64,000 bases of DNA. Origin: a virus. The notes below the pieces were generated by a model. It had not been told where the DNA came from, searched no databases, and was given only the letters and a program-made list of their open reading frames with translations. Below are positions 1 through 9,050 of this stretch, in pieces. The position numbers and the translations under genes were made by a program. Positions within the stretch are counted from its first letter, which is position 1. Every line of letters begins with the position of its first letter. The DNA is taken from positions 32,001 to 96,000 of IMG/VR virus record IMGVR_UViG_3300042731_005759. One strand, given 5' to 3'.

Positions 1-146
1 CCATACATATCTAAACTTGTTGATGCGGGTGCAGTGAATATATCCTCACCTAAAAATTTAATTAAATCTTCGGTGAAAATATCATACTTCTCAGAAGTCT
101 CGAGTAACTTCTTTTTGTTATTTTCTATTTGTTCTTTGTTTAACAT
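1..146 (-). CDS. Partial CDS running off the window; probable HD-domain phosphohydrolase
   Basis: Own translation from ATG at 146: MLNKEQIENNKKKLLETSEKYDIFTEDLIKFLGEDIFTAPASTSLDMY. F-x-APAS is typical of the N-terminus of phage HD-domain proteins. Confidence 0.5.
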   Translation of the reverse strand, partial: MLNKEQIENNKKKLLETSEKYDIFTEDLIKFLGEDIFTAPASTSLDMY

Positions 147-151
147 GATTC

Positions 152-385
152 TTATGATTTATAATATTCAGGTGTGATTTTAGAATCAATGACACACTCG
201 ATCTGCATCTTAGCGATCGAAATACTCTCACTTGATCTCATATCTTCTGAACGGTATTTTGATAAAACTATTGTTGCCTCTTCAACAGATTCTGCTTCGA
301 CAACATACTTAACTTTTTGAATTCTTGGATTTCCGTTTCTATCCAATTGCTCCATTTCGTAACCTACGGTTGCTAAATAATACAT
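152..385 (-). CDS. Small protein, DUF4494-like (Bacteroidota-associated)
   Basis: V-x-YE...NG...K-Y-V-V-E-A-x-S-x-x-EA pattern resembles DUF4494. Confidence 0.5.
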   Translation of the reverse strand: MYYLATVGYEMEQLDRNGNPRIQKVKYVVEAESVEEATIVLSKYRSEDMRSSESISIAKMQIECVIDSKITPEYYKS

Positions 386-395
386 ATATTAAAAT

Positions 396-1625
396 TTAAT
401 TGTTCTTTATTGTTTTTAAAAATTCAACTCGGTCTTTACACACTTTCTTTAAAGAGTAAGTGTCTTTGACTGTTTCATATAATTTTTCACCTAAATCTTC
501 CCTAAGTGAAGGGTTTTCGATTAGTCTTTTCATTTGTTGGAACCATTGTTTATGATTCTTTCTTGTTTGAACTAATAATGAGTTTCCATTTTCTACTCTA
601 TTACCATACTCGAAACTATCAACTAAATCAATTAGATAAGGATTTTCTGCCGTTGCAATAAGAGGTTTTTTATGGAAACCCGCTTCGATAACTTTGAGTT
701 GGGACTTATACCCATTGAAGTCACTTTTTACAAGTGGTGCCAATGATACATCAAAGTAATTGTAATTTGTTGCGTATTTGTTCAAATCTAAAGTCCATCT
801 TCTAACATATGGTTGATTAAATTCACCGTCGTAGGATTCTCTTTTCCATGTCTTTAAAAAGTTTACATACTCAGGTTGTAGTGATTTATAATCGTTAGTG
901 AAAATACTTTCATATTTCGACCACACAGTTTCTTCAGGTCTAATAGGTCTTTCTCTTACTTCCCCCGTTGTTTTGTTATATTCTCTCATATTACCTCTCA
1001 GATCGAAACCACACAAAACAAACTGTACTTTGTCTTTATATTGTTGGTGTATTTGACTAATACCACCTTTCATTAATTCAATATCATATAAATGAGATGA
1101 ACCTCCTAACCAACCAAATCTAACTTTATCAGATTCTATGGTGTTTGGTTTGAATTGACTTTCTTCTTCGTTTACGGCATTAGGGAATACATGAATTCTA
1201 TCATGATTGACTAATTTTTTTAGTGCATCTCTATAAAGTGAAGTTGTACAAGTAATATAATCTGCCAATTTCAACATTTCCGTTCTCTTACCAGCAAGAT
1301 TCTTCTGTTTAAAGGTCTCGTACATAGGATGTCTATGATCTACCCTCCAATAATCATCGGTATCCATGATAACAGTAATACCATTTGATTTTAACCATTT
1401 GATTCTTTTTATATTATCCTCGTGAGATGACTTATGAATAAAAGTGTGGAAGATTACCACGTCATATGTAGAAAAGTATTCATCCTCGTTTGGTACGTTC
1501 AGGTTCAAATCAACATGTACATCAGATGAATGTTTATCACCAATAAATGTAAATGGATCTATGATTCTGAATTTACCTACACCATGTGTGTCCGAGGGTA
1601 TAGCTAATACTTTTACTTTTGACAT
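396..1625 (-). CDS. Glycosyltransferase, GT-B fold (GT4-like)
   Basis: DTDD, ADYITCTT, VFPNAV, FGWLGGSSH, DVSLAPL..FNGYKSQLKVIEAG..P motifs. Confidence 0.85.
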   Translation of the reverse strand: MSKVKVLAIPSDTHGVGKFRIIDPFTFIGDKHSSDVHVDLNLNVPNEDEYFSTYDVVIFHTFIHKSSHEDNIKRIKWLKSNGITVIMDTDDYWRVDHRHPMYETFKQKNLAGKRTEMLKLADYITCTTSLYRDALKKLVNHDRIHVFPNAVNEEESQFKPNTIESDKVRFGWLGGSSHLYDIELMKGGISQIHQQYKDKVQFVLCGFDLRGNMREYNKTTGEVRERPIRPEETVWSKYESIFTNDYKSLQPEYVNFLKTWKRESYDGEFNQPYVRRWTLDLNKYATNYNYFDVSLAPLVKSDFNGYKSQLKVIEAGFHKKPLIATAENPYLIDLVDSFEYGNRVENGNSLLVQTRKNHKQWFQQMKRLIENPSLREDLGEKLYETVKDTYSLKKVCKDRVEFLKTIKNN

Positions 1626-1645
1626 ATATTACTTGTATATATCAA

Positions 1646-1674
1646 AAAGTAAGAAAAAAAAGGGAGGAAATCAA
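1646..1674 (-). promoter_or_regulatory. Putative host-sigma promoter of the glycosyltransferase operon
   Basis: Minus strand TTGATT-N17-TACTTT, 20 nt upstream of the ATG. Confidence 0.5.
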
Positions 1675-2267
1675 TCCTTTTTCTTTGCTTTATTAACTCC
1701 TGTAATTTTTCCTTTGAATATCGAGTCTCCGACTTTGAGAACTAAATTCTCGTTAATTGACGCGGTTTGAGATGCGGTCAATATTAATTCTAATTTCCTA
1801 TCAACAATTTCCTCTAAGGTTTCTTTGATAGTTTCCTTTATAATAGATTTTATGTCTCCACCTACGTTAGGGGTAGGTTGTGTTTGAAGTGTGGGTACTT
1901 TTTGCGTCGTCGAGGATAATCCTTCTTTTTCCATAAGTTTTTTTGCCCCTTCCACAATTGAAAGATCTAAATTATCACTTAGTGAAATATTATCCACGGT
2001 AGGTATTGGGTTGTCAATCATGGCTTGTTTGATTGCGTCAGGTAATTTAGAATTTCTAATCTTATCTTCATTAACAACATTACTAGCCACATTTCTTACA
2101 TTTTGTTTGGGTACATCAGATACCAAGTCACTTTGGTTTTGTTGTAGAGCGGTAGGATCAATATTACCTTTAGTAAAATCTCCTCCGTCGACTTTATTCA
2201 TAACTTTTTTTGCATTTACCAATCTCCTCATGAGATCTTCTTTTGGTACTGGTACAGGTTCTTGCAT
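1671..2267 (-). CDS. Hypothetical protein
   Basis: 198-aa ORF co-oriented with its neighbours; no motif recognised. Confidence 0.75.
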   Translation of the reverse strand: MQEPVPVPKEDLMRRLVNAKKVMNKVDGGDFTKGNIDPTALQQNQSDLVSDVPKQNVRNVASNVVNEDKIRNSKLPDAIKQAMIDNPIPTVDNISLSDNLDLSIVEGAKKLMEKEGLSSTTQKVPTLQTQPTPNVGGDIKSIIKETIKETLEEIVDRKLELILTASQTASINENLVLKVGDSIFKGKITGVNKAKKKD

Positions 2268-2306
2268 GTTTTTTAAATTTATATTTTAAGTATAAGTATT
2301 TTATTT

Positions 2307-3005
2307 TTAATTATAAAGTAAACTTTTAATTCTCTTAATATTTTCATTCAAACCATCATAGTTGTTATCATCTTCCTCATCGTCGTCGTCGTCGTTATCA
2401 ATAACAGGTGGTTCAGCAGGAGGTCTATTTTCAGGTTCTGGTTCAGGTAGTTCATCTCTTTGTGGTTCTACTTGATCGGTATTTTGATCATCTGGTCTGT
2501 CAACAGGTTCTGGTTGTGGTTCAGGTTGCGGTTCAGGTTGCGGTTGTGGTTCAGGTTGTGGATCTCTATCTGCGGGTATATCAGGTGTAGTCGACCAATC
2601 TGAAGTAACATAGGTTACACTCATAGAATTATCATCCCCTTCTTTATAACCTGGTCTTTTAACATCAAAAGTCTCATCATCGAAGATTTCTATTTGGTTC
2701 ATCCTTGCCACAATAAAAGTTCTCCAATTACCTTTCTCAAATCCTGTTTTAGATCTTGACGGAGGTTCAACCCATGCCCTTACAATCATATTACCTTTCT
2801 TTGATAAACCAAGTGCAACTAACTCCGCTTTTACTCTTCTACCTGGTTGTACTTTACCTCGGGGACCATTATAAAAAAAACTAACAGGGTGTCTATTTCT
2901 AACAGCGTTAGATAGTGTACCAGGTCTATTTCTTTTTGACCTTAAGTACGCGGGAACTTTTTGTTCACCAATTAAAAATTTGTATATATCCTCGAATAGT
3001 TTCAT
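2307..3005 (-). CDS. WYL-like domain protein with acidic Pro/Glu/Gln tail
   Basis: VSFFYNG...RRVKAELVALG..KGNMIVRAW...WRTFIVARM matches the WYL pattern; followed by PEPQ repeats, an Asp run and C-terminal LNENIKRIKSLL. Confidence 0.65.
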   Translation of the reverse strand: MKLFEDIYKFLIGEQKVPAYLRSKRNRPGTLSNAVRNRHPVSFFYNGPRGKVQPGRRVKAELVALGLSKKGNMIVRAWVEPPSRSKTGFEKGNWRTFIVARMNQIEIFDDETFDVKRPGYKEGDDNSMSVTYVTSDWSTTPDIPADRDPQPEPQPQPEPQPEPQPEPVDRPDDQNTDQVEPQRDELPEPEPENRPPAEPPVIDNDDDDDEEDDNNYDGLNENIKRIKSLLYN

Positions 3006-3949
3006 TAGAAATCAGGGTATCCGTTTGAGTTACTGTAATTGTTCCTCGCAACGTGTTGTGTTCTTTCGTTAATATCTGTTAATGTACCTACACTTGTGTT
3101 ATTTTCGGCACGTCCTTTTTCATCACCATCTGAGATTGCATTAGGATGAACTAAACCATAACCATTCTGATCATTGTAAATGTTTCTATTTTGATTATCT
3201 GTTCTTGTGTTAATATCTGTAAGACCCCCGACATTACCACTATTTTCACCTTTTCCTAATTCATCACCATCGGATATTGCGTTTGGATGGTTTACACTAT
3301 ATCCATTAGTGTCTGTGTTATATTGGTTTCTATTTAATAAATCCGTTCTTGTATTGATGTCAGTAAGACTACCAATGTTAGAATTGTTTTCACCTTTACC
3401 TCTTTCATCTCCATCTGAAAGAGCGTTTGGATGATTAACACTATATCCGTTTTGATCGTTGTAAAAGTTTCTTGTAACATTATCTAATCTCGTTTGATTG
3501 TCTGTTAAACCCCCAACCTTACCGTTGTTTTCACCTTTACCTAACTCGTCACCATCAGATATCGCGTTCGGATGGTTGGAACTGTAACCATCATTTGAAT
3601 TATATGTGTTTCTTTTTATGTGTTCTTGTCTTTGATTGATATCAGTAACAGTACCTATTTGTCCGTTGTTCTCACCTCTACCGAATTCATCACCATCTGA
3701 AATCGCGTTTGGATTTTCTAACCCGTAACCATTATTTGGTCCGTATTTATTTCTCCCCAAACTGTCATTTCTATTTGTAATGTCTGTATTACTACCGATT
3801 CTACCATTATTTTCACCTTTTCCTAATTCATCACCATCAGAAATGGCATTAGGATGGTTTGAATCATAGTTTTTAGTACCCTGATAATCATTTCGGGATA
3901 AATGTTCTTTTCTAAACTGTGGTGATATTTTATCTAATTGACTTGGCAT
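3005..3949 (-). CDS. Tandem-repeat protein: six 47-48-aa repeats plus a partial one
   Basis: Repeat core R-N-x-Y...Y-x3-(H/N)PNA(I/L)SDGDE-x-G(K/R)-x-EN...G-x2-TD, seen six times. Confidence 0.85.
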   Translation of the reverse strand: MPSQLDKISPQFRKEHLSRNDYQGTKNYDSNHPNAISDGDELGKGENNGRIGSNTDITNRNDSLGRNKYGPNNGYGLENPNAISDGDEFGRGENNGQIGTVTDINQRQEHIKRNTYNSNDGYSSNHPNAISDGDELGKGENNGKVGGLTDNQTRLDNVTRNFYNDQNGYSVNHPNALSDGDERGKGENNSNIGSLTDINTRTDLLNRNQYNTDTNGYSVNHPNAISDGDELGKGENSGNVGGLTDINTRTDNQNRNIYNDQNGYGLVHPNAISDGDEKGRAENNTSVGTLTDINERTQHVARNNYSNSNGYPDF

Positions 3950-4437
3950 TATAATAATTCTTTAATTCTATTAACTTCTTCAAATACACCCAACGATGAG
4001 ATTGGAGTGACGGAAGTTTTATCTGAATTAGACTTCATCATATTTCTTGGAATAGAATAATTCGTCTTTTTACTGTGTTTAGATAGAAAGGGATTTTTAC
4101 GGATATCGTCTATTTGTGCGATATTGTCCGCCCTTTGTTTAGACTTTTTATTGTTCTTAATTAAGTCTCTTTCTCCATTTAAAAATCCTTTGGCCCACTT
4201 TAACATAAGATCCCCTCCTGCGAGTTTATATTGTATTAAAGAAAGGTCACCACTTTCTAAGTCATGTATAATTCTTTTAATTTGAGCATAACTCAAATTT
4301 CGAGTTCTTAAAAGGTTTTTGGCTCTTTGAGTACCATCCACAGATTTATCCTCTAAAGATGTGAACACTTTATGGATATAATCAAATATATTATCGGGTA
4401 ATCTAAAAACCCTACCTCTTAATTTAGTATTACTCAT
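3949..4437 (-). CDS. Hypothetical phage protein
   Basis: 162 aa, coupled to both neighbours by overlaps; ends VFEEVNRIKELL. Confidence 0.75.
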   Translation of the reverse strand: MSNTKLRGRVFRLPDNIFDYIHKVFTSLEDKSVDGTQRAKNLLRTRNLSYAQIKRIIHDLESGDLSLIQYKLAGGDLMLKWAKGFLNGERDLIKNNKKSKQRADNIAQIDDIRKNPFLSKHSKKTNYSIPRNMMKSNSDKTSVTPISSLGVFEEVNRIKELL

Positions 4438-5173
4438 CTGATTCTAAATGGTCTTTGATGTCACTAATTGAAAGATTGTTATTCTTCAATGTGTTCTTCA
4501 AAGAATGTATTTGTCTTTTTATGATCGGATTTAATTCTTTTTTAGAATCATTTACAATCTCTTGACTTTTATTTTTCTTAGTTAGAACAGTTTCAACATA
4601 GTCTCTCATAAATTTTTTGGGGTTCTCGACTAATCTAACTTTGTCATCAGGTAATTTTTCATCATACCCCATGGCTTCTAATCTTTTTATTGCATCGTCA
4701 TGAGTTAATCCTAACTCCTTAGTGAAATGTTTATACGCCTTTTTAAAGTTTTCATCATCACCTAGGGTATCATCATATCCTAAAGATTTACTCATGTCAC
4801 TCTCAGCCCAATATCTTAAAGATGTGTGAGTACCATGTACACCATGTGTACCTTGTGATCCACCGATGGCTTTAACAGTTTTATCTGTAGTTTTCTTAGA
4901 GGTTATTCCTTTCGCATGAAAATCGGTTGCTTTCTTACCCCTTTTTATATTTCCTTTTGAATCGACAATTTCATCGACTTCCTCTTCTTCTTGGGAAACT
5001 TTATCGGGTATTTCATCAAAGTCGGTTTCCTTGGAAAGTTCGTCTGCATATTTTTTCCATTTCTTTTTTTCCTTCTTTGAAGTCCCTTCTTCGTTCGCTT
5101 TTGCATAGAAGAATCTCTGTTGCGCTTTTGACGCAAATTTCTCTTCTATAACCTGTTTTAAAAAATTATTCAT
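4430..5173 (-). CDS. Hypothetical charged protein (start revised to ATG 5173)
   Basis: The track's TTG start at 5200 lies upstream of the TATTTAT motif; ATG at 5173 (MNNFLKQVIEEK) lies 16 nt downstream of it. Confidence 0.7.
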   Translation of the reverse strand: MNNFLKQVIEEKFASKAQQRFFYAKANEEGTSKKEKKKWKKYADELSKETDFDEIPDKVSQEEEEVDEIVDSKGNIKRGKKATDFHAKGITSKKTTDKTVKAIGGSQGTHGVHGTHTSLRYWAESDMSKSLGYDDTLGDDENFKKAYKHFTKELGLTHDDAIKRLEAMGYDEKLPDDKVRLVENPKKFMRDYVETVLTKKNKSQEIVNDSKKELNPIIKRQIHSLKNTLKNNNLSISDIKDHLESDE

Positions 5174-5189
5174 AGAAACTAGTTTAATT

Positions 5190-5220
5190 ATAAATATCAA
5201 ATGTTATGAAAGATATTTAT
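5190..5220. promoter_or_regulatory. Back-to-back pair of putative late promoters (GATATTTAT on each strand)
   Basis: ATAAATATC at 5190-5198 and GATATTTAT at 5212-5220, between divergent genes. Confidence 0.7.
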
Positions 5221-5226
5221 TAGAAT

Positions 5227-7950
5227 ATGAATAGTCAGGATATTTTACGAATTTTAGGGTTCAGTTTGGATATTAAGTTGGATAATTCCGAAACTTTTGA
5301 TTACACAATTGCGGAATTTGACACTGATTATGACCAAAAAACCCTTTCTAATACACAACCGTTCAATATCAACAGTTCGGTTGAAAATTATATGGGTGAC
5401 ACCACAAATCAAATTGACACAATTAAACTTTGTGAGATAGATACTGGTTTGGAGAGTTATTCAGGTATAACTTATGTGGTTTCTTTTGAGGATTTTGTTT
5501 CACATTTTAATACTGAAAACTATGATTATGAAAATATTTTATTAAATAATGATGTTTTTACATATACAGGTTTAACACACCCAAACGGTGAACAAGAAAC
5601 TCATTATTTTAAAATATGTGGTTATAATGAACCTATTCCGCCCACACCAACACCTACTGTAACATTAGATCCTGATTTACCAACACCAACTCCATGGCCG
5701 ACATCGACACCTGAGATAAGTCCAAGTCCTACCCCGACATCGACCACGGTACCAAATCCTTTTGGTCCTACACCTACACCAACTTCGACTTTTGACCCTA
5801 ACGCAACACCAAACCCAACTGCAACCTCAACACCTACTCCAACACCTAGTTATGGGTTTAAGGGTCAACAACCGACACCTACACCCACACAAACACAGGA
5901 ATTAGAACCAAGTCCAACCCCAACCATAATACCATCTTCTACACCACTACCCACAGGTACTGCAACACCAACCCCTACTATTATACCTTCGTCTACACCT
6001 TTACCTACTAACACACAAACACCTGAACCTACTAACACACAAACACCTGAACCTACATCCACAGTTGAGTTAACTCCTAATCCAACCAATACAGAAACAC
6101 CAGTACCTACAAGTACGGGAACACCAGAACCTACTAACACAGAGACCCCAATTCCTACTAATACAGAAACACCAGAACCTACTAGTACCGAGACTCCAAT
6201 TCCTACTAACACAGAGACCCCAATTCCTACTAATACAGAAACACCAGAACCTACTAGTACCGAGACTCCAATTCCTACTAACACACAAACACCTGAACCT
6301 ACTAACACACAAACACCTGAACCTACTAACACAGAAACTCCAATACCTACTAGTACGGAAACTCCAATCCCCACTAATACAGAAACACCAGTACCTACAA
6401 GTACGGAAACACCAATTCCAACAAATACGGAAACACCAATACCTACTAACACAGAAACTCCAATACCTACTGATAACCCGACCGCCACTCCGCAGGAAAC
6501 CCCTGTACCGACATCAACACCATTACCAAGTGCAACTCCTCAGTCAACACCTGACCCTACGATAACACCGAACCCAACAGCAACTCCGATACCTACTGAA
6601 ACACAAGAACCTACTGCAACCCCGACGGGAACACCATTACCAACAAGTACTCAAACGCCCGAACCAACTACCACACCGAATCCAACCGCGACAGAAGTAC
6701 CAACGGCAACACCAATGCCAACTTCTACACAAATGCCAACACCCGAACCTACGTCAACAATACCACCAACTTCAACACCACAGGCAACTCCAAATCCTAC
6801 CGCGACTTCAACATATCACCACTGGTTTGTGAAATGTGACGTTGGGGGACCTGGTGATTTTGATATTGTCTTTGATAGATATGAATTTGAAAACTTACAT
6901 GGTATACCAACAGTTTTAGGAACAACACTTACTTTACAAAGTGACCCAACAACATGTTACGTTTATTCAGGTACTACAACATTTATGAATATAACTCACA
7001 CAGTGAATGATATAAACGATGTTGATGTATGTGGATGTCCTACACCTGTTCCGACACAAACACAACAACCGACACCTGAACCAACTGCAACTATACCACC
7101 ACCAACACCACAACCCACAAGTACACCATTACCAACTTCAACACCACAACCTGCGTGGTCACCAAACAATGACATCTTACCTGTCGCGTGGATTGATGCG
7201 TCAGACTCTTCGAATTACCAAAGAAGTGGAACAAGTTTACTTGGGGTGACTGATAAGGCGGGGACATATACAATGACGGTGGGTGGTAATCCACTCACTA
7301 ACTCATCCACTCAAAATGGATTGAATGTATTCGATTTTGATGGTAATAGTGATTTCCTACAAAGTACAACTTATAGGTCGCAAGTATCAAGCGGTAACCA
7401 TTTTGCATTAGGTGTGTTTAGGTTTGAATCAACGAACAACACAAAAAATTCTTTATGGAGTTATGAATACAGTAGTACTACTAATAAAAGGGACTATGCA
7501 ATTAGTGCGGGTGCCACTAATAACACATGGCCAGGTGAGTTGGATTTAGACGGGTTATCTACTAATAGAATTAGTTCTACAATTGGTAACCTACGAACTT
7601 GGGATTTAAAAAGTCTAACAAGAAATCAATATCACATCGTCTCTTGTTGGTTTAACAAAACAGGAAACCAAATAGGTGTTAGGGTAGATGGTTCAAACGC
7701 GTTTACACCTGTTAATGATTACGATAATTCATTACAAACAACCCAAGAATTAAGATTGATGAGAAATAGATCATCCGTGGAGTTAGATGGTAAGATGGGT
7801 GAATTTATAGCTTACGCATCAATGCCAGGTACAAGCGGTACAGATATGACGTATTTAGAGAAGGCAGAGGGGTACTTAGCACACAAATGGGGATTAACAA
7901 GTAGTCTCCCAAGTTCACACCCATATAAGAACATAGAACCAACATTATAA
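5227..7950 (+). CDS. Putative virion fibre or appendage protein with long Pro/Thr stalk and C-terminal lectin-like (ConA/LamG-type) domain
   Basis: About 400 aa of PT repeats. C-terminal AWIDASD...[11 protein letters not shown]...GEFIAY...[10 protein letters not shown] is typical of phage LamG-like domains. Confidence 0.7.
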   Translation: MNSQDILRILGFSLDIKLDNSETFDYTIAEFDTDYDQKTLSNTQPFNINSSVENYMGDTTNQIDTIKLCEIDTGLESYSGITYVVSFEDFVSHFNTENYDYENILLNNDVFTYTGLTHPNGEQETHYFKICGYNEPIPPTPTPTVTLDPDLPTPTPWPTSTPEISPSPTPTSTTVPNPFGPTPTPTSTFDPNATPNPTATSTPTPTPSYGFKGQQPTPTPTQTQELEPSPTPTIIPSSTPLPTGTATPTPTIIPSSTPLPTNTQTPEPTNTQTPEPTSTVELTPNPTNTETPVPTSTGTPEPTNTETPIPTNTETPEPTSTETPIPTNTETPIPTNTETPEPTSTETPIPTNTQTPEPTNTQTPEPTNTETPIPTSTETPIPTNTETPVPTSTETPIPTNTETPIPTNTETPIPTDNPTATPQETPVPTSTPLPSATPQSTPDPTITPNPTATPIPTETQEPTATPTGTPLPTSTQTPEPTTTPNPTATEVPTATPMPTSTQMPTPEPTSTIPPTSTPQATPNPTATSTYHHWFVKCDVGGPGDFDIVFDRYEFENLHGIPTVLGTTLTLQSDPTTCYVYSGTTTFMNITHTVNDINDVDVCGCPTPVPTQTQQPTPEPTATIPPPTPQPTSTPLPTSTPQPAWSPNNDILPVAWIDASDSSNYQRSGTSLLGVTDKAGTYTMTVGGNPLTNSSTQNGLNVFDFDGNSDFLQSTTYRSQVSSGNHFALGVFRFESTNNTKNSLWSYEYSSTTNKRDYAISAGATNNTWPGELDLDGLSTNRISSTIGNLRTWDLKSLTRNQYHIVSCWFNKTGNQIGVRVDGSNAFTPVNDYDNSLQTTQELRLMRNRSSVELDGKMGEFIAYASMPGTSGTDMTYLEKAEGYLAHKWGLTSSLPSSHPYKNIEPTL
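6007..6472 (+). repeat. Coding 24-bp minisatellite (PT[N/S]T[E/Q]TP[I/E/V]) with an exact 72-bp tandem duplication
   Basis: 6130-6201 is identical to 6202-6273; the 8-aa unit repeats throughout. Confidence 0.9.
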
Positions 7951-8008
7951 AATTTACTTTCAGACTAACAATAACTGATGTTTTTACTATTTATAGTTAA
8001 AAGTAAAA

Positions 8009-9037
8009 ATGTCATTAGAGATCTCAGGTTTTTCAACCAATTTAATTGATTGTCAAGGAACATTGTTTGACTCATGTTGTGGGTTCAGTTCAACGTTAGG
8101 AATAAAACCATGGGCATATCGAATTGATGGTCACACAAATGATGATTGTGATTTTTTACTTAAAAGACGAACAGAGAAGGGGTGGACCTTAGATTTTGTT
8201 TTTAACAAAGAAGATAAGGAATGGTCAGAAGGTGGTCCTTTTTATTTTTGGGGTGTTAGAGAGGAAGATGATGAAAGATTATATGCGGATAACAATTTAT
8301 CATTCCGATTTACTGATGATGGTAGAATTCAGTGGAGAGCTCACAGGTATTCGGGATCATGTGTAAATGAAGTTTATTCAGAAGATTTTTATGTCTCATC
8401 AGGTCAAACACCTGTTTTATGTTCAGAGGGTACATCTAAAGATTTTAATATTACAATTGTATTTGATAGAAATCTAAGACTTACTGATTGTAATATTGAG
8501 AATGATGGTAGTTGGAACGATTTAATTACTGGTGAAACTATTACTAACGCGTCTGATGTTGTCCTATCTGGTTCAACAGAATCCTACCAATATATTGAAG
8601 TACTAAATAAAGATTGGAACGATGAAAGATATTCAAGGTTAGGTACATTAAAAATCTATTTAAATGGTTGGCCAATCTACAAATTAGAAGATTGGGAGGA
8701 AGTAATTCCTTCAAGTAGGGGACAACAACCCTTTATCCAATTATGGGGTGGGGGTGCAAGTGGATCTGGTGGTATTCATGTGGGTGATCATAATTTCACT
8801 TTGAAAAGAGTTAAGTATTTTGAACAACCCATGAACGCTTTACAAGTCAAAGACCATTATTTAACACTATCATCACCATATTTTGAGATTGTTGAGTGTG
8901 TTGAACCATGTGAAGAAACATCAATTACTCCGTATAGTGATAACACAATAATTTATGAACAGGATGTTGATGGTGATAACCAAACAACAAATACTGACGC
9001 AGTCCACACAGAAAATGAGGACATATTAATTTTCTAA
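8009..9037 (+). CDS. Putative structural protein, beta-sandwich (LamG-like)
   Basis: WTLDFVF, LKIYLNG, LKRVKYFEQPM pattern; TATTTAT upstream at 7988-7994. Confidence 0.55.
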   Translation: MSLEISGFSTNLIDCQGTLFDSCCGFSSTLGIKPWAYRIDGHTNDDCDFLLKRRTEKGWTLDFVFNKEDKEWSEGGPFYFWGVREEDDERLYADNNLSFRFTDDGRIQWRAHRYSGSCVNEVYSEDFYVSSGQTPVLCSEGTSKDFNITIVFDRNLRLTDCNIENDGSWNDLITGETITNASDVVLSGSTESYQYIEVLNKDWNDERYSRLGTLKIYLNGWPIYKLEDWEEVIPSSRGQQPFIQLWGGGASGSGGIHVGDHNFTLKRVKYFEQPMNALQVKDHYLTLSSPYFEIVECVEPCEETSITPYSDNTIIYEQDVDGDNQTTNTDAVHTENEDILIF

Positions 9038-9050
9038 AATATTTATAAGA

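Noticed and set aside
6007-6472. Regular repeats resembling a CRISPR array
   Set aside because: In-frame tandem coding units with no unique spacers and no cas genes.
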